Positions 37,877-47,629 of a DNA stretch of 64,000 nt are shown here, in pieces; position 1 is the first letter of the stretch; each line of letters begins with the position of its first letter. The stretch covers positions 13,374 through 77,373 of the forward strand of contig DJXF01000014.1 in assembly GCA_002449635.1 (NCBI GenBank), read 5' to 3'. Below the pieces are notes generated by a model. The model ran no database searches. It was given only the letters and a program-made list of their open reading frames with translations, and had not been told where the DNA came from. The translations under genes were made by a program, and so were the position numbers. The stretch is from Clostridiales bacterium UBA7011. Its GTDB lineage: Bacteria > Bacillota > Clostridia > Oscillospirales > Butyricicoccaceae.

Positions 37877-38902
37877 TCAGATATTGTATTTGTTTTTAAT
37901 GGCGATATCGGTGTAAAAATATTTGCTTTCCGGCTTTGTTCCGGCGAATAAATAGTCAAAAAGTATCATAATCGGCTGATAGCCCTGTGTATGCGCATCC
38001 TGATCGATCAGGAAGTCTATACGACTGTTAAGCAGATTTTTGATGTTGTTTGGTATCAGGTCATAGCAGATGACGCGCACGCTGCCGGTGCAGCCGAGCC
38101 GCGCAAGCCCGCGGCACACGCCGGATTGTCCGCCGGCGGCCACATAAATCGCCGTGAGATCGGGGTGATCGCGCAGCGTCTGTTCCGTGAGCTGCTGAGT
38201 CAGCGTATCATCGTCCTGACAGAAGACCGAGGGAAGCAGCTTGACTTCGGGGAAGCAGTTTTCCATCTCGCTGCAGAAGCCCTTGATGCGCAGCGTGTGG
38301 GAGTGATTGTACTGGTGGCCGGAAATAGGCAGAACCAGTCCTTTGTTTCCGATGATGGCACTGAGCAGGGCAGCGCAGGCGCGTCCCGCCAGCTCGCTGT
38401 TCTGGCCGACAAAGCACAGGCGGCGCGTGTCGTCGATATCCGCATTAAACGTGACAACGGGAATGCCGCTGTCCACCAGCTCGTTAATTCTGTTGCGCAT
38501 CCGCACGTCATCCGCGGGAGCGATCGCGAGTCCGTTGATGCCTTCCTCCACCAGCTCATCGATCAGTTTCAGCTGCAGGTCGATATCCAGTCCGATCATC
38601 GAGCGCATCAGTACCTCGGCGCCAAAATTGGAAACCTCTTTTCGGGCATCCTCGATGCCGGCCTGAAGCAGATGCATGAACGGTGTTTCTGTGGCCTGTG
38701 CAATGACACCGATCTTTATCGGATGCTTGGCCATGGCGAGCGCTTTTCCCGCGCGGTTTGGCTGATAGCCCAGTTCCTTGGCAATCGAACGGATGCGCTC
38801 TGCGACCTCCGGATTGATGCGGCCGCGGTTGTACAGCGCACGATCCACGGTTCCGCGGGATACACCGGCAAGCTCTGCGATTTGTTTCAATGTAACTGCC
38901 AT
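37877..38902 (-). CDS. LacI-family transcriptional regulator
   Basis: TLKQIAELAGVSRGTVDRAL..LGYQPN HTH plus sugar-binding domain. Confidence 0.95.
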   Translation of the reverse strand: MAVTLKQIAELAGVSRGTVDRALYNRGRINPEVAERIRSIAKELGYQPNRAGKALAMAKHPIKIGVIAQATETPFMHLLQAGIEDARKEVSNFGAEVLMRSMIGLDIDLQLKLIDELVEEGINGLAIAPADDVRMRNRINELVDSGIPVVTFNADIDDTRRLCFVGQNSELAGRACAALLSAIIGNKGLVLPISGHQYNHSHTLRIKGFCSEMENCFPEVKLLPSVFCQDDDTLTQQLTEQTLRDHPDLTAIYVAAGGQSGVCRGLARLGCTGSVRVICYDLIPNNIKNLLNSRIDFLIDQDAHTQGYQPIMILFDYLFAGTKPESKYFYTDIAIKNKYNI

Positions 38903-39055
38903 ACGTTCACCTCTCTCAGCTGTTTTTCAGTATAACACATTGCGTGCAATTTGCACACAGAAAAATCAAAAATGCACACTGCACGCGAAAGGGGAAAGAA
39001 ATACGGCTCCGGCAGATGCCGAAGCCGTAATCTGTTTTTGTGAAATCGCGGTTGC

Positions 39056-40792
39056 TTATGCTGCTACGCCCCAGATGGACAGCCAGCTGGTCGGCTCGCC
39101 GGCAGCGGCAAGGCCGAGAGGCGAGAACAGGATGTAGATTGCAATAGCAACGATGATGCCGATGACAGCGACGATCTTGCGGTATTTCCACGGGGTCAGG
39201 TCGACTGCGCCGACATCCTTGAGCACCAGAGGCTCCTTGCGCGGTGCAAACTTGTTGCACGCCCACATAACGATCCAGTCGATGAAGAACAGAACTGCGA
39301 TCGCGTAGAGGTAATGGATCTCTTCGCTCGGATTGCTCGGATAATGCGGAGCGATCAGCAGGAATGCACCATAGAATACGACGTCGATTACTGTGATCAG
39401 CTTCGGTGCCCACTTCGGAATGTTGTGGAAGATGATTGCGCCGAGGATGGTCCATGCGATAGGCATGGAAACGAAGTTCGCCAGCGAGTTCAGCAGTGTG
39501 GTGATGCCGTTGCCGGTGAATGCGACGAACGGTGCAACGCAGATGGATACGATGCCTGCGATGGTGCCGTAAATCTTACCGACCTTAACGCACTCGACGT
39601 CAGAAGCGGACGGCTTGAATACAGAACGGTACAGGTCAAGGGTAAACATGGTCGAAGCGGAGTTCAGAACCGAGTTGAAGGAGGACAGGATCGCGCCGAA
39701 CAGAACAGCGGCGAGGAAGCCCATAACCGGCCACGGAACGCACTCGACGATCAGCATCGGATACGCCTGGTCCATCAGGGATACGCCGGAGTTGCCGGCA
39801 ATGGCCTGCATCTTGTCCTGGATGCTCGGCATGTAGAAAGCAATAATGCCCGGGATAACGAGGTACAGCGGGCCAAGGCACTTCAGGAAGCCGCAGTAGA
39901 TGGCACCCTTCTGGCCTTCAGCAAGGTTTTTCGCAGCCAGAGAACGCTGAACGAACGACTGGTTGCAGCACCACCAGTAAATGTTCGAGAAGAACATGCC
40001 GGTGATGATGAGCGGCCACGGAACCTGCGGCTGAGCGGAATCCCATGCGTTGACTGCATTCAGCTTGTGGAACTCTGCCTCGTTCTGCAGAATAAAGCGA
40101 ATGCCGCCCATGATGCCGCCGCCACCGGTCTGAGAACCGAGAACAGCAAGTCCGAGGAACGGGATCATCAGACCGCCGATGATCAGACCGATGCCGTTGA
40201 TCGTGTCCGATACGGCGACGGCTTTTAGTCCGCCGAAGATGGCGTAACAGCCGCCGACAACGCCGATGACAACGCAGAGAACAGCAATCGCCGTGAACTT
40301 CTGTATACCGAACATGGCGGAAACATCGAAGATGTTCTCAAATACAACGGCGCCCGAATACAGGATAACAGGCAGGTTCAGGATGGAATACATGATGACG
40401 ATGACTGCGGAGAACAGTGTCTTCGTGCTCTTGTCGTAGCAGGTCTCCATCATTGCCGGCATCGTCGTGGTGCCGACCTTCAGGTACTGCGGCAGGAAGA
40501 AGAACGCGAGGACAAGCAGCGTGAACATCGAGCCGACCTCCCAGGCGATAGCGCCCATGTTGGTCTTCCAGCTCTGACCGTTCAGGCCGACCAGCTGCTC
40601 AGCGGAGAGGTTTGTCAGCAGCAGGGAACCTGCGATGACGTAACCCGGCAGGGAACGGCTGGCAAGGAAGTAGCCCTCAGCAGTTTCGAGGTTATCTCCT
40701 CTGGTTTTCCAGGAGGAGATGACTGCTACCATTGCTGTGAAAAACAGAAAAGTGGCAGCAATCCAGATGAGTTGTGTTGTGCTCCAATTCAT
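39056..40792 (-). CDS. Solute:sodium symporter (YidK-like; probable inositol importer)
   Basis: GYFLASRSL, LTNLSAEQLVGLNG, GGLKAVAVSD, NQSFVQR, GAILSSFNSVLNS; many TM helices; adjacent to iolG locus. Confidence 0.88.
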   Translation of the reverse strand: MNWSTTQLIWIAATFLFFTAMVAVISSWKTRGDNLETAEGYFLASRSLPGYVIAGSLLLTNLSAEQLVGLNGQSWKTNMGAIAWEVGSMFTLLVLAFFFLPQYLKVGTTTMPAMMETCYDKSTKTLFSAVIVIMYSILNLPVILYSGAVVFENIFDVSAMFGIQKFTAIAVLCVVIGVVGGCYAIFGGLKAVAVSDTINGIGLIIGGLMIPFLGLAVLGSQTGGGGIMGGIRFILQNEAEFHKLNAVNAWDSAQPQVPWPLIITGMFFSNIYWWCCNQSFVQRSLAAKNLAEGQKGAIYCGFLKCLGPLYLVIPGIIAFYMPSIQDKMQAIAGNSGVSLMDQAYPMLIVECVPWPVMGFLAAVLFGAILSSFNSVLNSASTMFTLDLYRSVFKPSASDVECVKVGKIYGTIAGIVSICVAPFVAFTGNGITTLLNSLANFVSMPIAWTILGAIIFHNIPKWAPKLITVIDVVFYGAFLLIAPHYPSNPSEEIHYLYAIAVLFFIDWIVMWACNKFAPRKEPLVLKDVGAVDLTPWKYRKIVAVIGIIVAIAIYILFSPLGLAAAGEPTSWLSIWGVAA

Positions 40793-41107
40793 TTGCAAAA
40801 CTCTCCCTTTTGTTGTTGTATTGCATAAAATGACACAGAGGAGATCTGCGAGATTTTATGCCCGTCTGAAGTTATAAAGGTACAGGCAGATACAGTAAGC
40901 ATTTCCGTATGCAGACAAGTGCCGGAAGGGCGCTTGGGATGTGAAGAGGCAGGTCAGGAAACCGCCCGCACACGCCCCGCAGGCAAAATCAGGAGCCCTG
41001 TCTGCATGTAGAAAATCTGAGGGGAAAATTGTGCAAAAATCACAGTTGTATGTACCATGTTGCCCATATTTTCCGGTCGAAATTTGTGCGTTATGTATCT
41101 GATTAAA

Positions 41108-41136
41108 AATTTAGCATAAAGTCTGGATAAATGCAA
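41108..41136 (-). promoter_or_regulatory. Candidate SigA promoter of the symporter
   Basis: TTGCAT-17-TAAATT with TG extended -10. Confidence 0.5.
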
Positions 41137-41144
41137 GCATTTTT

Positions 41145-41172
41145 TGAACATTTTTTGAACAGAAAATGAACA
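41145..41172. repeat. Three TGAACA direct repeats at 11-bp spacing
   Basis: TGAACA at 41145, 41156 and 41167. Confidence 0.6.
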
Positions 41173-41265
41173 CAAAAATTGTCGCAGTGGTACAAAGGAC
41201 TGGTCAAGCAGTTTTTATGGTATAAAGGACAAATACTACACGTATGGTACTGTGAGGTGGGTAAA

Positions 41266-42051
41266 ATGCGTTGTTTTTGGGTTATATCAGGAAAGAAACT
41301 CGCTGTTGGAGCGGCAATTGTGACGGGAATTTGCGTGACCGCGCACGCATTTTTCGGCGGATCAAGTGCGATTTCGACATCTGCGGCCAAACGCGATCTT
41401 CCGATTTACAGTGTGGAGCGCAAGGAAAAAGTTTGTGCGCTGACCTTTGATGCCGCCTGGGGAAATGAGGATACCGAACAGCTGATCGAGATTCTCGGGG
41501 CAGAGGACATCCGCGCGACCTTCTTTGTCGTCGGAGAGTGGGTGGAAAAATATCCGGAGTCCGTCAAGCAGCTGTCTGATGCCGGACATGAGGTGATGAA
41601 TCATTCCTCGACCCATCCGCACATGACGCAGCTGTCTCCTGCCGGAATGATCGAAGAGGTGCAGGGGTGCAATGATAAAATAGAAAAGATAACGGGAAAC
41701 CGTCCGATGCTGTTCCGGCCGCCGTTCGGAGACTATAATGATACCGTGGTATCCACGCTGCGCGGAGAGCACATGTATTGCATTCAGTGGGATGTAGACA
41801 GCCTGGACTGGAAAGACCCTGCGCCGAGTGAAATTGTTCGACGGGTTGTTCAAAATGCGCGGAACGGGTCTATTATTTTGTTCCACAATGCCGCGAAAAA
41901 TACACCGGCTGCCCTGCCGGATGTAATAGCCGGACTCAAACAGAAGGGCTTTACCTTTGTGCCTGTTTCTGAGCTGATTTACCGCGATCACTACACAATG
42001 GACCACACTGGACGGCAGATTCCGGATGCAGGAGGAAACGGCTCAACGTGA
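41266..42051 (+). CDS. Polysaccharide deacetylase (PdaB-like, CE4)
   Basis: N-terminal TM; LTFDAAWG, ATFF, NHSSTH, FRPPFG, DSLDW, ILFH; GAGG RBS. Confidence 0.9.
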   Translation: MRCFWVISGKKLAVGAAIVTGICVTAHAFFGGSSAISTSAAKRDLPIYSVERKEKVCALTFDAAWGNEDTEQLIEILGAEDIRATFFVVGEWVEKYPESVKQLSDAGHEVMNHSSTHPHMTQLSPAGMIEEVQGCNDKIEKITGNRPMLFRPPFGDYNDTVVSTLRGEHMYCIQWDVDSLDWKDPAPSEIVRRVVQNARNGSIILFHNAAKNTPAALPDVIAGLKQKGFTFVPVSELIYRDHYTMDHTGRQIPDAGGNGST

Positions 42052-42208
42052 AAAAACAGCTGCGGTCCGCTGCCGGTACCGGGATTAAGCGTCCGACGGG
42101 AAATGACCGGCCCATAGAAAAAAGCCGCTTGTTCAAACACGGAATGTTTGGAAGAAAGCGGCATGATTTTTTGTTGACGGCATATCATCCGGAAATGCGT
42201 AACCGCGC

Positions 42209-42655
42209 TCATTCGGAGAGGGAGGTCAGATTGGCCGTGATTTTATCCAGAAGCGTATGGAGCTGCTGGCTCTCTTTTGCGGTCAGACCGGCATGCAGCT
42301 CGTTGTGCAGCCGGAGAAAGGCCTCTGCAATCGAGGTCTGCAGCTGATGCCCGAGCGGTGTGAGGCGGAGCAGATGACTGCGGGTGTCCGTGCGGTCGGG
42401 AAACCGCTGAATCAGGTTTTTCGCAACCATGCCTTTCATCAGACTGGTCACTGAAGGATTGCTGATACCCAGATAGGTTTCGATCTTTTTCTGATTGATG
42501 CTGCTGTCCGTATTGCTTGCAAGATACTGCAGTACCAGTGCCTGCTGAATCGTGATGCCGTGCTGCCTGAGCAATTGGTTGGCACGCAGGAACAGCAGGT
42601 GGTCCGCCGTGTGCAGTTTCATAAGAGATAAATGCTCGGTTTGGCAGATAGACAT
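42209..42655 (-). CDS. MarR-family regulator
   Basis: ITIQQALVL, NQKKIE..ISNPSVTSLM, DTRSHLLRLTPLG; AAGGAG RBS. Confidence 0.9.
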   Translation of the reverse strand: MSICQTEHLSLMKLHTADHLLFLRANQLLRQHGITIQQALVLQYLASNTDSSINQKKIETYLGISNPSVTSLMKGMVAKNLIQRFPDRTDTRSHLLRLTPLGHQLQTSIAEAFLRLHNELHAGLTAKESQQLHTLLDKITANLTSLSE

Positions 42656-42830
42656 GAAGCACCGCTCCTTAGATGATACGTTCGAATTCGTAACCGGCTT
42701 CAGTATACTCGAAAAGGTTACATTTGTCAAACTTTTTGACGAAAGTTGACGTTTTTGTGAACGGTGCTTGTCCTTTGAACGACAGTACGGTATAATAGGA
42801 TCAATATTTTACCGCAAAGGAGTCAGGAAT

Positions 42831-43373
42831 ATGAAACTGAAGAGAGAAGATACCGCAATACTCATTGTCGATTACCAGGAAAAGCTGATGCCGGCAATGC
42901 ATAATAAGGATGCGTTTATTCCGCGGACCTGCATGCTGCTGCAGGGACTGAAGGCGCTCGATATTCCGATGATTGTTTCCGAGCAGTATCCGAAGGGACT
43001 CGGCTCGACTGTTCCTGAAATCAAGGAAGTGCTCGGCGTTGCACCGGTTCTTCCGAAGACAACGTTCAGCTGCCTTGACGACGAAGCAATTCGCGCGGCA
43101 ATTGAGGCGACGGGCTGCGGCACAATCCTGATCTGCGGCGCGGAGGCACATATTTGTGTGCTGCAGTCGGCAATGGATCTGATTGCCATGGGCAAAAAAG
43201 CGGTACTGGTTGAGGATTGCCTCGGCTCGCGCAAGGCGCACGATATGGAGATCAGCCTGCGTCGGGCAGAGCAGGAGGGGGTTCTGCTGACTACGGCAGA
43301 GGCTGTTCTGTTTGAGCTTCTGGGCAAAGGCTCCGGCGCGACATTCAAGACGATTTCCAAGCTGGTGAAATGA
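42831..43373 (+). CDS. Isochorismatase-family (YcaC-like) hydrolase
   Basis: VDYQEKL, SEQYPKGLGST, KTTFSC, GAEAHICV. Confidence 0.92.
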   Translation: MKLKREDTAILIVDYQEKLMPAMHNKDAFIPRTCMLLQGLKALDIPMIVSEQYPKGLGSTVPEIKEVLGVAPVLPKTTFSCLDDEAIRAAIEATGCGTILICGAEAHICVLQSAMDLIAMGKKAVLVEDCLGSRKAHDMEISLRRAEQEGVLLTTAEAVLFELLGKGSGATFKTISKLVK

Positions 43374-43599
43374 TCGGACATTGTGCACAAATTTAATGGA
43401 ACACATCGACCTGTCCTTCGGCAACTTTTTTTCGATTTTTTCTGATTTGTAACATGATAACAGCAAAACACCTCAAAATCACCTGAAATCTGTCATTAAA
43501 GACATATACAAGTTGCAAAAATGGTGCTATAATTTCACCTGCAATTAACAACGATCTACAAGTGTTTGCAGCTTTATATTTCTTTTTGAGGTGAATGTT

Positions 43600-43803
43600 A
43601 TGCGTGACTGGTTAGTCGAACTGAGAAAGAGCAAGGGTCTGACGCAGGAAGTTACTGCACAGAAGGCTCACATTGCCCGCAGCTATTATACCCGCATTGA
43701 GCTGGGTGATTATCGCCTGCCTGTTGGAACGGCGATGCGTATTGCTGAAGCGCTGGATTTTGACTGGGTTCGCTTTTACGAAACACCGGCTGATTCCAAG
43801 TAA
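43600..43803 (+). CDS. Small XRE/Cro-like HTH protein
   Basis: LVELRKSKGLTQE..IARSYYTRIELG..AMRIAEALDFDW; GAGGTG RBS; own TGcTATAAT and terminator. Confidence 0.9.
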   Translation: MRDWLVELRKSKGLTQEVTAQKAHIARSYYTRIELGDYRLPVGTAMRIAEALDFDWVRFYETPADSK

Positions 43804-43830
43804 ATCATAAAACAGCCGATTGGTTCATCG

Positions 43831-43863
43831 AGCCGGAGCAACATCGTGTTGCTCCGGCTTTTT
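43831..43863 (+). terminator. Intrinsic terminator after XRE gene
   Basis: AGCCGGAGCAACA/TGTTGCTCCGGCT plus T run. Confidence 0.8.
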
Positions 43864-43915
43864 GCGTGCAGGCACGAAAAAACCCCGGTCTTCTCATAAA
43901 GATCGGGGCGGCGTG

Positions 43916-44614
43916 TTACTTGCCGATATTCTCTGCCGATGCCTGAGACCGCGTCGCTGCGTAATGCTGCAGCCCGCTGCGGTTCAGAATGTGGACGGTT
44001 TTTTCCTGATGCGTGACAAGCTGCTGCCGCTCCAGCTCAGCCAGTGCGCGGTACAGTGTGGCGCGGCTGATGTCCAGCCGGCGGGCCAGACCTGCAAAGC
44101 CGTCAGGAAGACGAAGATGGTTCTGCCTGGGGTTGCCCAGCAGATAAAGCGCCAGTGCGACGCTCGGTGTCGCGGCAGTGAAATGGTTCAGCCGGTGCGT
44201 GAGATGCTGTACACGGTTTGAGAGGATTTCCATATAGTTGCGCGCTGCCGCCGCATCCTTTTCAAAAACAGGCAGCAGAACGGACTTGTCTAAAAAGGTG
44301 ATGATGGAATTGGAACGCGCGCGCAGCAGGAGAGGGAGAACCGGCTTAATGTGCGAAAACAGGGATTCCAGTTCAAAAAAATCCCCGCTCTGCAGCGTCA
44401 GAAACAGGACACCGCTTGGGCTGTATACGTCCAGACAGCCGTCAATCAGAAAGCCGAGCGATGGCGTATGACGCGGATAAGAAGTGACAGTTTGTCCCTT
44501 GAGAACGCGAACGGGGGATAATGACTGTATGAGGGGGCGGTAATTCGCTGTATTGCAGCCGGAAAATAAAACGGAGTTCAGCAGCCGTTTTTCCTGTCTT
44601 GCATTGAGCGCCAT
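43916..44614 (-). CDS. Crp/Fnr-family regulator
   Basis: cNMP-binding-like fold (LFSG, LIDG.LDV, LQSGDFF); C-terminal LARRLDISRATLYRALAELE HTH. Confidence 0.82.
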   Translation of the reverse strand: MALNARQEKRLLNSVLFSGCNTANYRPLIQSLSPVRVLKGQTVTSYPRHTPSLGFLIDGCLDVYSPSGVLFLTLQSGDFFELESLFSHIKPVLPLLLRARSNSIITFLDKSVLLPVFEKDAAAARNYMEILSNRVQHLTHRLNHFTAATPSVALALYLLGNPRQNHLRLPDGFAGLARRLDISRATLYRALAELERQQLVTHQEKTVHILNRSGLQHYAATRSQASAENIGK

Positions 44615-44656
44615 TCTGGTAAAGCCCCCTTTCACAGACTTTCTCTTACCTATTAA

Positions 44657-44685
44657 ATTATAGCTCTCTTTCCCACCATCGTCAA
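44657..44685 (-). promoter_or_regulatory. SigA-type promoter of the Crp/Fnr gene
   Basis: TTGACG-17-TATAAT. Confidence 0.75.
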
Positions 44686-44869
44686 CCAGATTTTTACATT
44701 TTTAGAGCGGAAATGACAAAAAATTCACAGAGTCGGCAAGGACATGGATGACCCGAAACGGATATGCCCGAATATGGGAATTTTGCGTGCAGTCCGGCGG
44801 CGATTGCGTCCGATTTGTGTCGAAAGATGCGTCACACGCATATCTATGATCATATAAGGAGGCGATCAC

Positions 44870-45151
44870 ATGGACAATACCACTCCGACAATCCGCTCGG
44901 ATACTGTAGCGAGGACGGTTGTGCTTGTTCTGGCACTGTTCAACCAGATTCTCGCAATCGCGGGACATGAGACGATTTCGTTTGCAGACAACGATGTGTA
45001 TCAGCTGGTTTCACTGGGCTGGACGGTTGCCGCTTCGCTGGCGGCGTGGTGGAAAAACAACAGCTTCACCTGTCTGGCATGTGAGGCGGACGCGTGGCGC
45101 AGAGACCAGCTGCGGCAGGCAAAAGAGGCGAAAAACAAACAGGATCAGTGA
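44870..45151 (+). CDS. SPP1-family phage holin (orphan)
   Basis: AAGGAGG RBS; TVARTVVLVLALFNQIL and AWWKNNSFT..A..AD signature; two TM helices, charged C-terminus. Confidence 0.88.
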   Translation: MDNTTPTIRSDTVARTVVLVLALFNQILAIAGHETISFADNDVYQLVSLGWTVAASLAAWWKNNSFTCLACEADAWRRDQLRQAKEAKNKQDQ

Positions 45152-45282
45152 GTACGATTGCAAAACCGCCTCGGGAAGGACGCGGAATATTTCAGGATAC
45201 AGCTGCATTTCCCATCCTTGTGCAGTGGAACGGGACAATATTCCGCCGCCGGAAAGAAGCGGGAGGGAACCGAATGGACGAA

Positions 45283-45318
45283 CGGCTGCTGCGGAGCGCT
45301 TCTGCGGCGGCCGCTTTT
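45283..45318 (+). terminator. Probable terminator after holin
   Basis: CGGCTGCTGCGGAG/TTCTGCGGCGGCCG plus T run. Confidence 0.6.
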
Positions 45319-45368
45319 GTTTCCGTGTGACAGGCAGAGAGGAAATGGAGGATTTTGCCGGAAATCGT

Positions 45369-45397
45369 TTGCAATCTGCCCTGCAATCATGTATGAT
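45369..45397 (+). promoter_or_regulatory. SigA-type promoter of pyrH
   Basis: TTGCAA-17-TATGAT. Confidence 0.75.
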
Positions 45398-45462
45398 ATA
45401 GATTGATATAGAGTGTAGCTCTGAGGATCGAGAAAACCAATCGCACATGGAGGAAATGTTGT

Positions 45463-46179
45463 ATGGATACACCGAAGTATAAACGTGTATTGATTAAAAT
45501 CAGCGGTGAGGCTCTGGCCGGCGAAAAGAAGTTCGGACTGAATTTTGATGTCATCGGACCGGTCTGCGACGTCATTCAGCGCTGTGTAGAGATCGGGACA
45601 GAGGTCGGCATTGTTGTCGGCGGCGGCAATTTCTGGCGCGGCGTAAAGGACGGCGGCGGAAAGATGGAGCGTTCCCGTGCAGATCACATGGGCATGCTTG
45701 CGACGACCATTAACGCACTTGCGCTGGCTGACGCGCTGGAGCAGCGCGGTGTCAATGTTCGCGTACAGACCGCGATTGAAATGCGTCAGATTGCAGAACC
45801 GTACATCCGCAGCAAGGCGACACGTCATCTGGAAAAGGGCAGAGTTGTCATTTTCGGCTGCGGAACGGGCAATCCGTATTTCTCGACGGATACGGCAGCG
45901 GCTCTGCGCGCGGCGGAAATCGGTGCGGACATCATCCTCCTTGCAAAAAATATCGACGGTGTCTATGATTCCGACCCGGCAAAGAATCCAGAAGCGAAAA
46001 AATATGACGAGCTGTCCTATATGGACGTACTGAAAAAGCGCCTCGGCGTTATGGATACCACCGCAACGAGCCTGTCGATGGACAACAGCATTCCGGTGCT
46101 GGTCTTTGCGCTGAAGGATCCGGAAAACATTTATCGCGCTGTACTCGGCGAGGATATTGGCACACTGGTAAAAATGTAA
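45463..46179 (+). CDS. pyrH: UMP kinase
   Basis: [33 protein letters not shown]. Confidence 0.98.
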   Translation: MDTPKYKRVLIKISGEALAGEKKFGLNFDVIGPVCDVIQRCVEIGTEVGIVVGGGNFWRGVKDGGGKMERSRADHMGMLATTINALALADALEQRGVNVRVQTAIEMRQIAEPYIRSKATRHLEKGRVVIFGCGTGNPYFSTDTAAALRAAEIGADIILLAKNIDGVYDSDPAKNPEAKKYDELSYMDVLKKRLGVMDTTATSLSMDNSIPVLVFALKDPENIYRAVLGEDIGTLVKM

Positions 46180-46212
46180 CAATCTTCTGAAAGAGAGAGG
46201 AGTTCTGACAAC

Positions 46213-46767
46213 ATGAAACCCGATTTGAAACCTTATGAGACAAAAATGAAAAAGACGCTGGATGTGCTCGACGCCACGCTGGCGGGCATCCGCGCGGGCA
46301 GGGCGAATGCAAACGTCCTGAACAAAATCACGGTCGACTACTATGGAACGGCAAGCCCGATTCCGCAGGTGGCTTCGGTCGCCTCGCCGGATCCGCGCAC
46401 GCTGACCATTCAGCCGTGGGACGCATCTCTGCTCAAGGCGATCAACAAGGCAATTCAGACGTCGGATCTGGGCATCAATCCGCAGAATGACGGCAAGATC
46501 ATTCGCCTGACCTTCCCGCCGCTGACAGAGGAGCGGCGCAAGGAGCTCATCAAGCAGGTGTCCAAGGAGGGAGAAGGCTCTAAGGTTGCCATTCGCAACA
46601 TCCGCCGCGATGCGCTTGACAAGTGGAAGGCTGCAAAGAAGAAGTCTGAAATCACTGAGGATGAGCTGAAGGATGCCGAGAAGGACATGCAGAAGCTGAC
46701 GGACAAATATATCAAGCAAATCGACAGCACAACGGCAGAGAAATCGGACGAACTGAAGTCCGTCTGA
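46213..46767 (+). CDS. frr: Ribosome recycling factor
   Basis: IRAGRAN, DLGINPQNDG, PPLTEERRKEL, IRNIRRD. Confidence 0.98.
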   Translation: MKPDLKPYETKMKKTLDVLDATLAGIRAGRANANVLNKITVDYYGTASPIPQVASVASPDPRTLTIQPWDASLLKAINKAIQTSDLGINPQNDGKIIRLTFPPLTEERRKELIKQVSKEGEGSKVAIRNIRRDALDKWKAAKKKSEITEDELKDAEKDMQKLTDKYIKQIDSTTAEKSDELKSV

Positions 46768-46875
46768 TTCGAACGCCGGCGACACGGGATATATGGGCGG
46801 CTGAACAAGTCGCCCATGTCGTGTATTCAGGGTTTCGCGCCGGTGAATAAAAGGGAAAGGTCGGTGCATAGTACC

Positions 46876-47625
46876 GTGGCGTTGTTCAATATACTGAAAA
46901 AAGACAGCACAGCCCCGCAGAGCCGTCCGGTTCCGCAGCACATTGCCGTCATCATGGACGGCAACGGCAGGTGGGCGAAAAAACGCGCGCTGCCGCGCAC
47001 GGCTGGACATAAGGTCGGTGCGGAGACCTTCCGCACGATTGCTACCTATTGTAAGGATATCGGCGTCAAATATTTCACTGTCTATGCGTTTTCTACAGAA
47101 AACTGGAAGCGTCCGGCAGAGGAGGTCGAAACGCTGATGAACCTGTTTCGGCGTTACCTGCGGGAAGCGATCGAAACGATGGCGGAAAACAACATTGCCG
47201 TGCGCGTGCTGGGCGATCTGACGGCTTTGCCGGAGGACATCCGTTCGCTCATCGATGAATGTGAGCAGACGGGAAAACAGCTGGACAATCCGGCAATTGC
47301 AAGCCTGTGCATCAATTATGGCGGGCGTGATGAGATTAAGAATGCGATGCGTGCACTTGCGCGGCAGGTACAGGCGGGCGAGCTGCAGCCGGACGACATT
47401 ACAGAGGAAATGATCTCCTCGCAGCTGTATACGGCGGATATGCCGGATCCCGATCTCATCATTCGCCCGAGCGGTGAGATTCGTACATCCAATTTCCTTC
47501 TGTGGCAGAGTGCCTATGCGGAATACTATTTCACCGATGTTCTGTGGCCGGATTTCAAGCCGGAGCACATGGATCAGGCGATTGAAAGCTTTAACGGAAG
47601 ACAAAGACGATTCGGAGGGGTATAA
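46876..47625 (+). CDS. uppS: Undecaprenyl diphosphate synthase
   Basis: HIAVIMDGNGRWA, AFSTENWKR, NYGGR, IRPSGEIRTSNFLLWQ; GTG start chosen, exact start uncertain. Confidence 0.95.
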   Translation: MALFNILKKDSTAPQSRPVPQHIAVIMDGNGRWAKKRALPRTAGHKVGAETFRTIATYCKDIGVKYFTVYAFSTENWKRPAEEVETLMNLFRRYLREAIETMAENNIAVRVLGDLTALPEDIRSLIDECEQTGKQLDNPAIASLCINYGGRDEIKNAMRALARQVQAGELQPDDITEEMISSQLYTADMPDPDLIIRPSGEIRTSNFLLWQSAYAEYYFTDVLWPDFKPEHMDQAIESFNGRQRRFGGV

Positions 47626-47629
47626 AGAA

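Noticed and set aside
41188-41250. Mini-CRISPR array
   Set aside because: Repeats are 13 bp with a 17-bp spacer, only two copies, and no cas genes are present
43600-45151. Intact prophage or mobile element
   Set aside because: Only an HTH gene and a holin; no integrase, att repeats, structural or lysin genes seen
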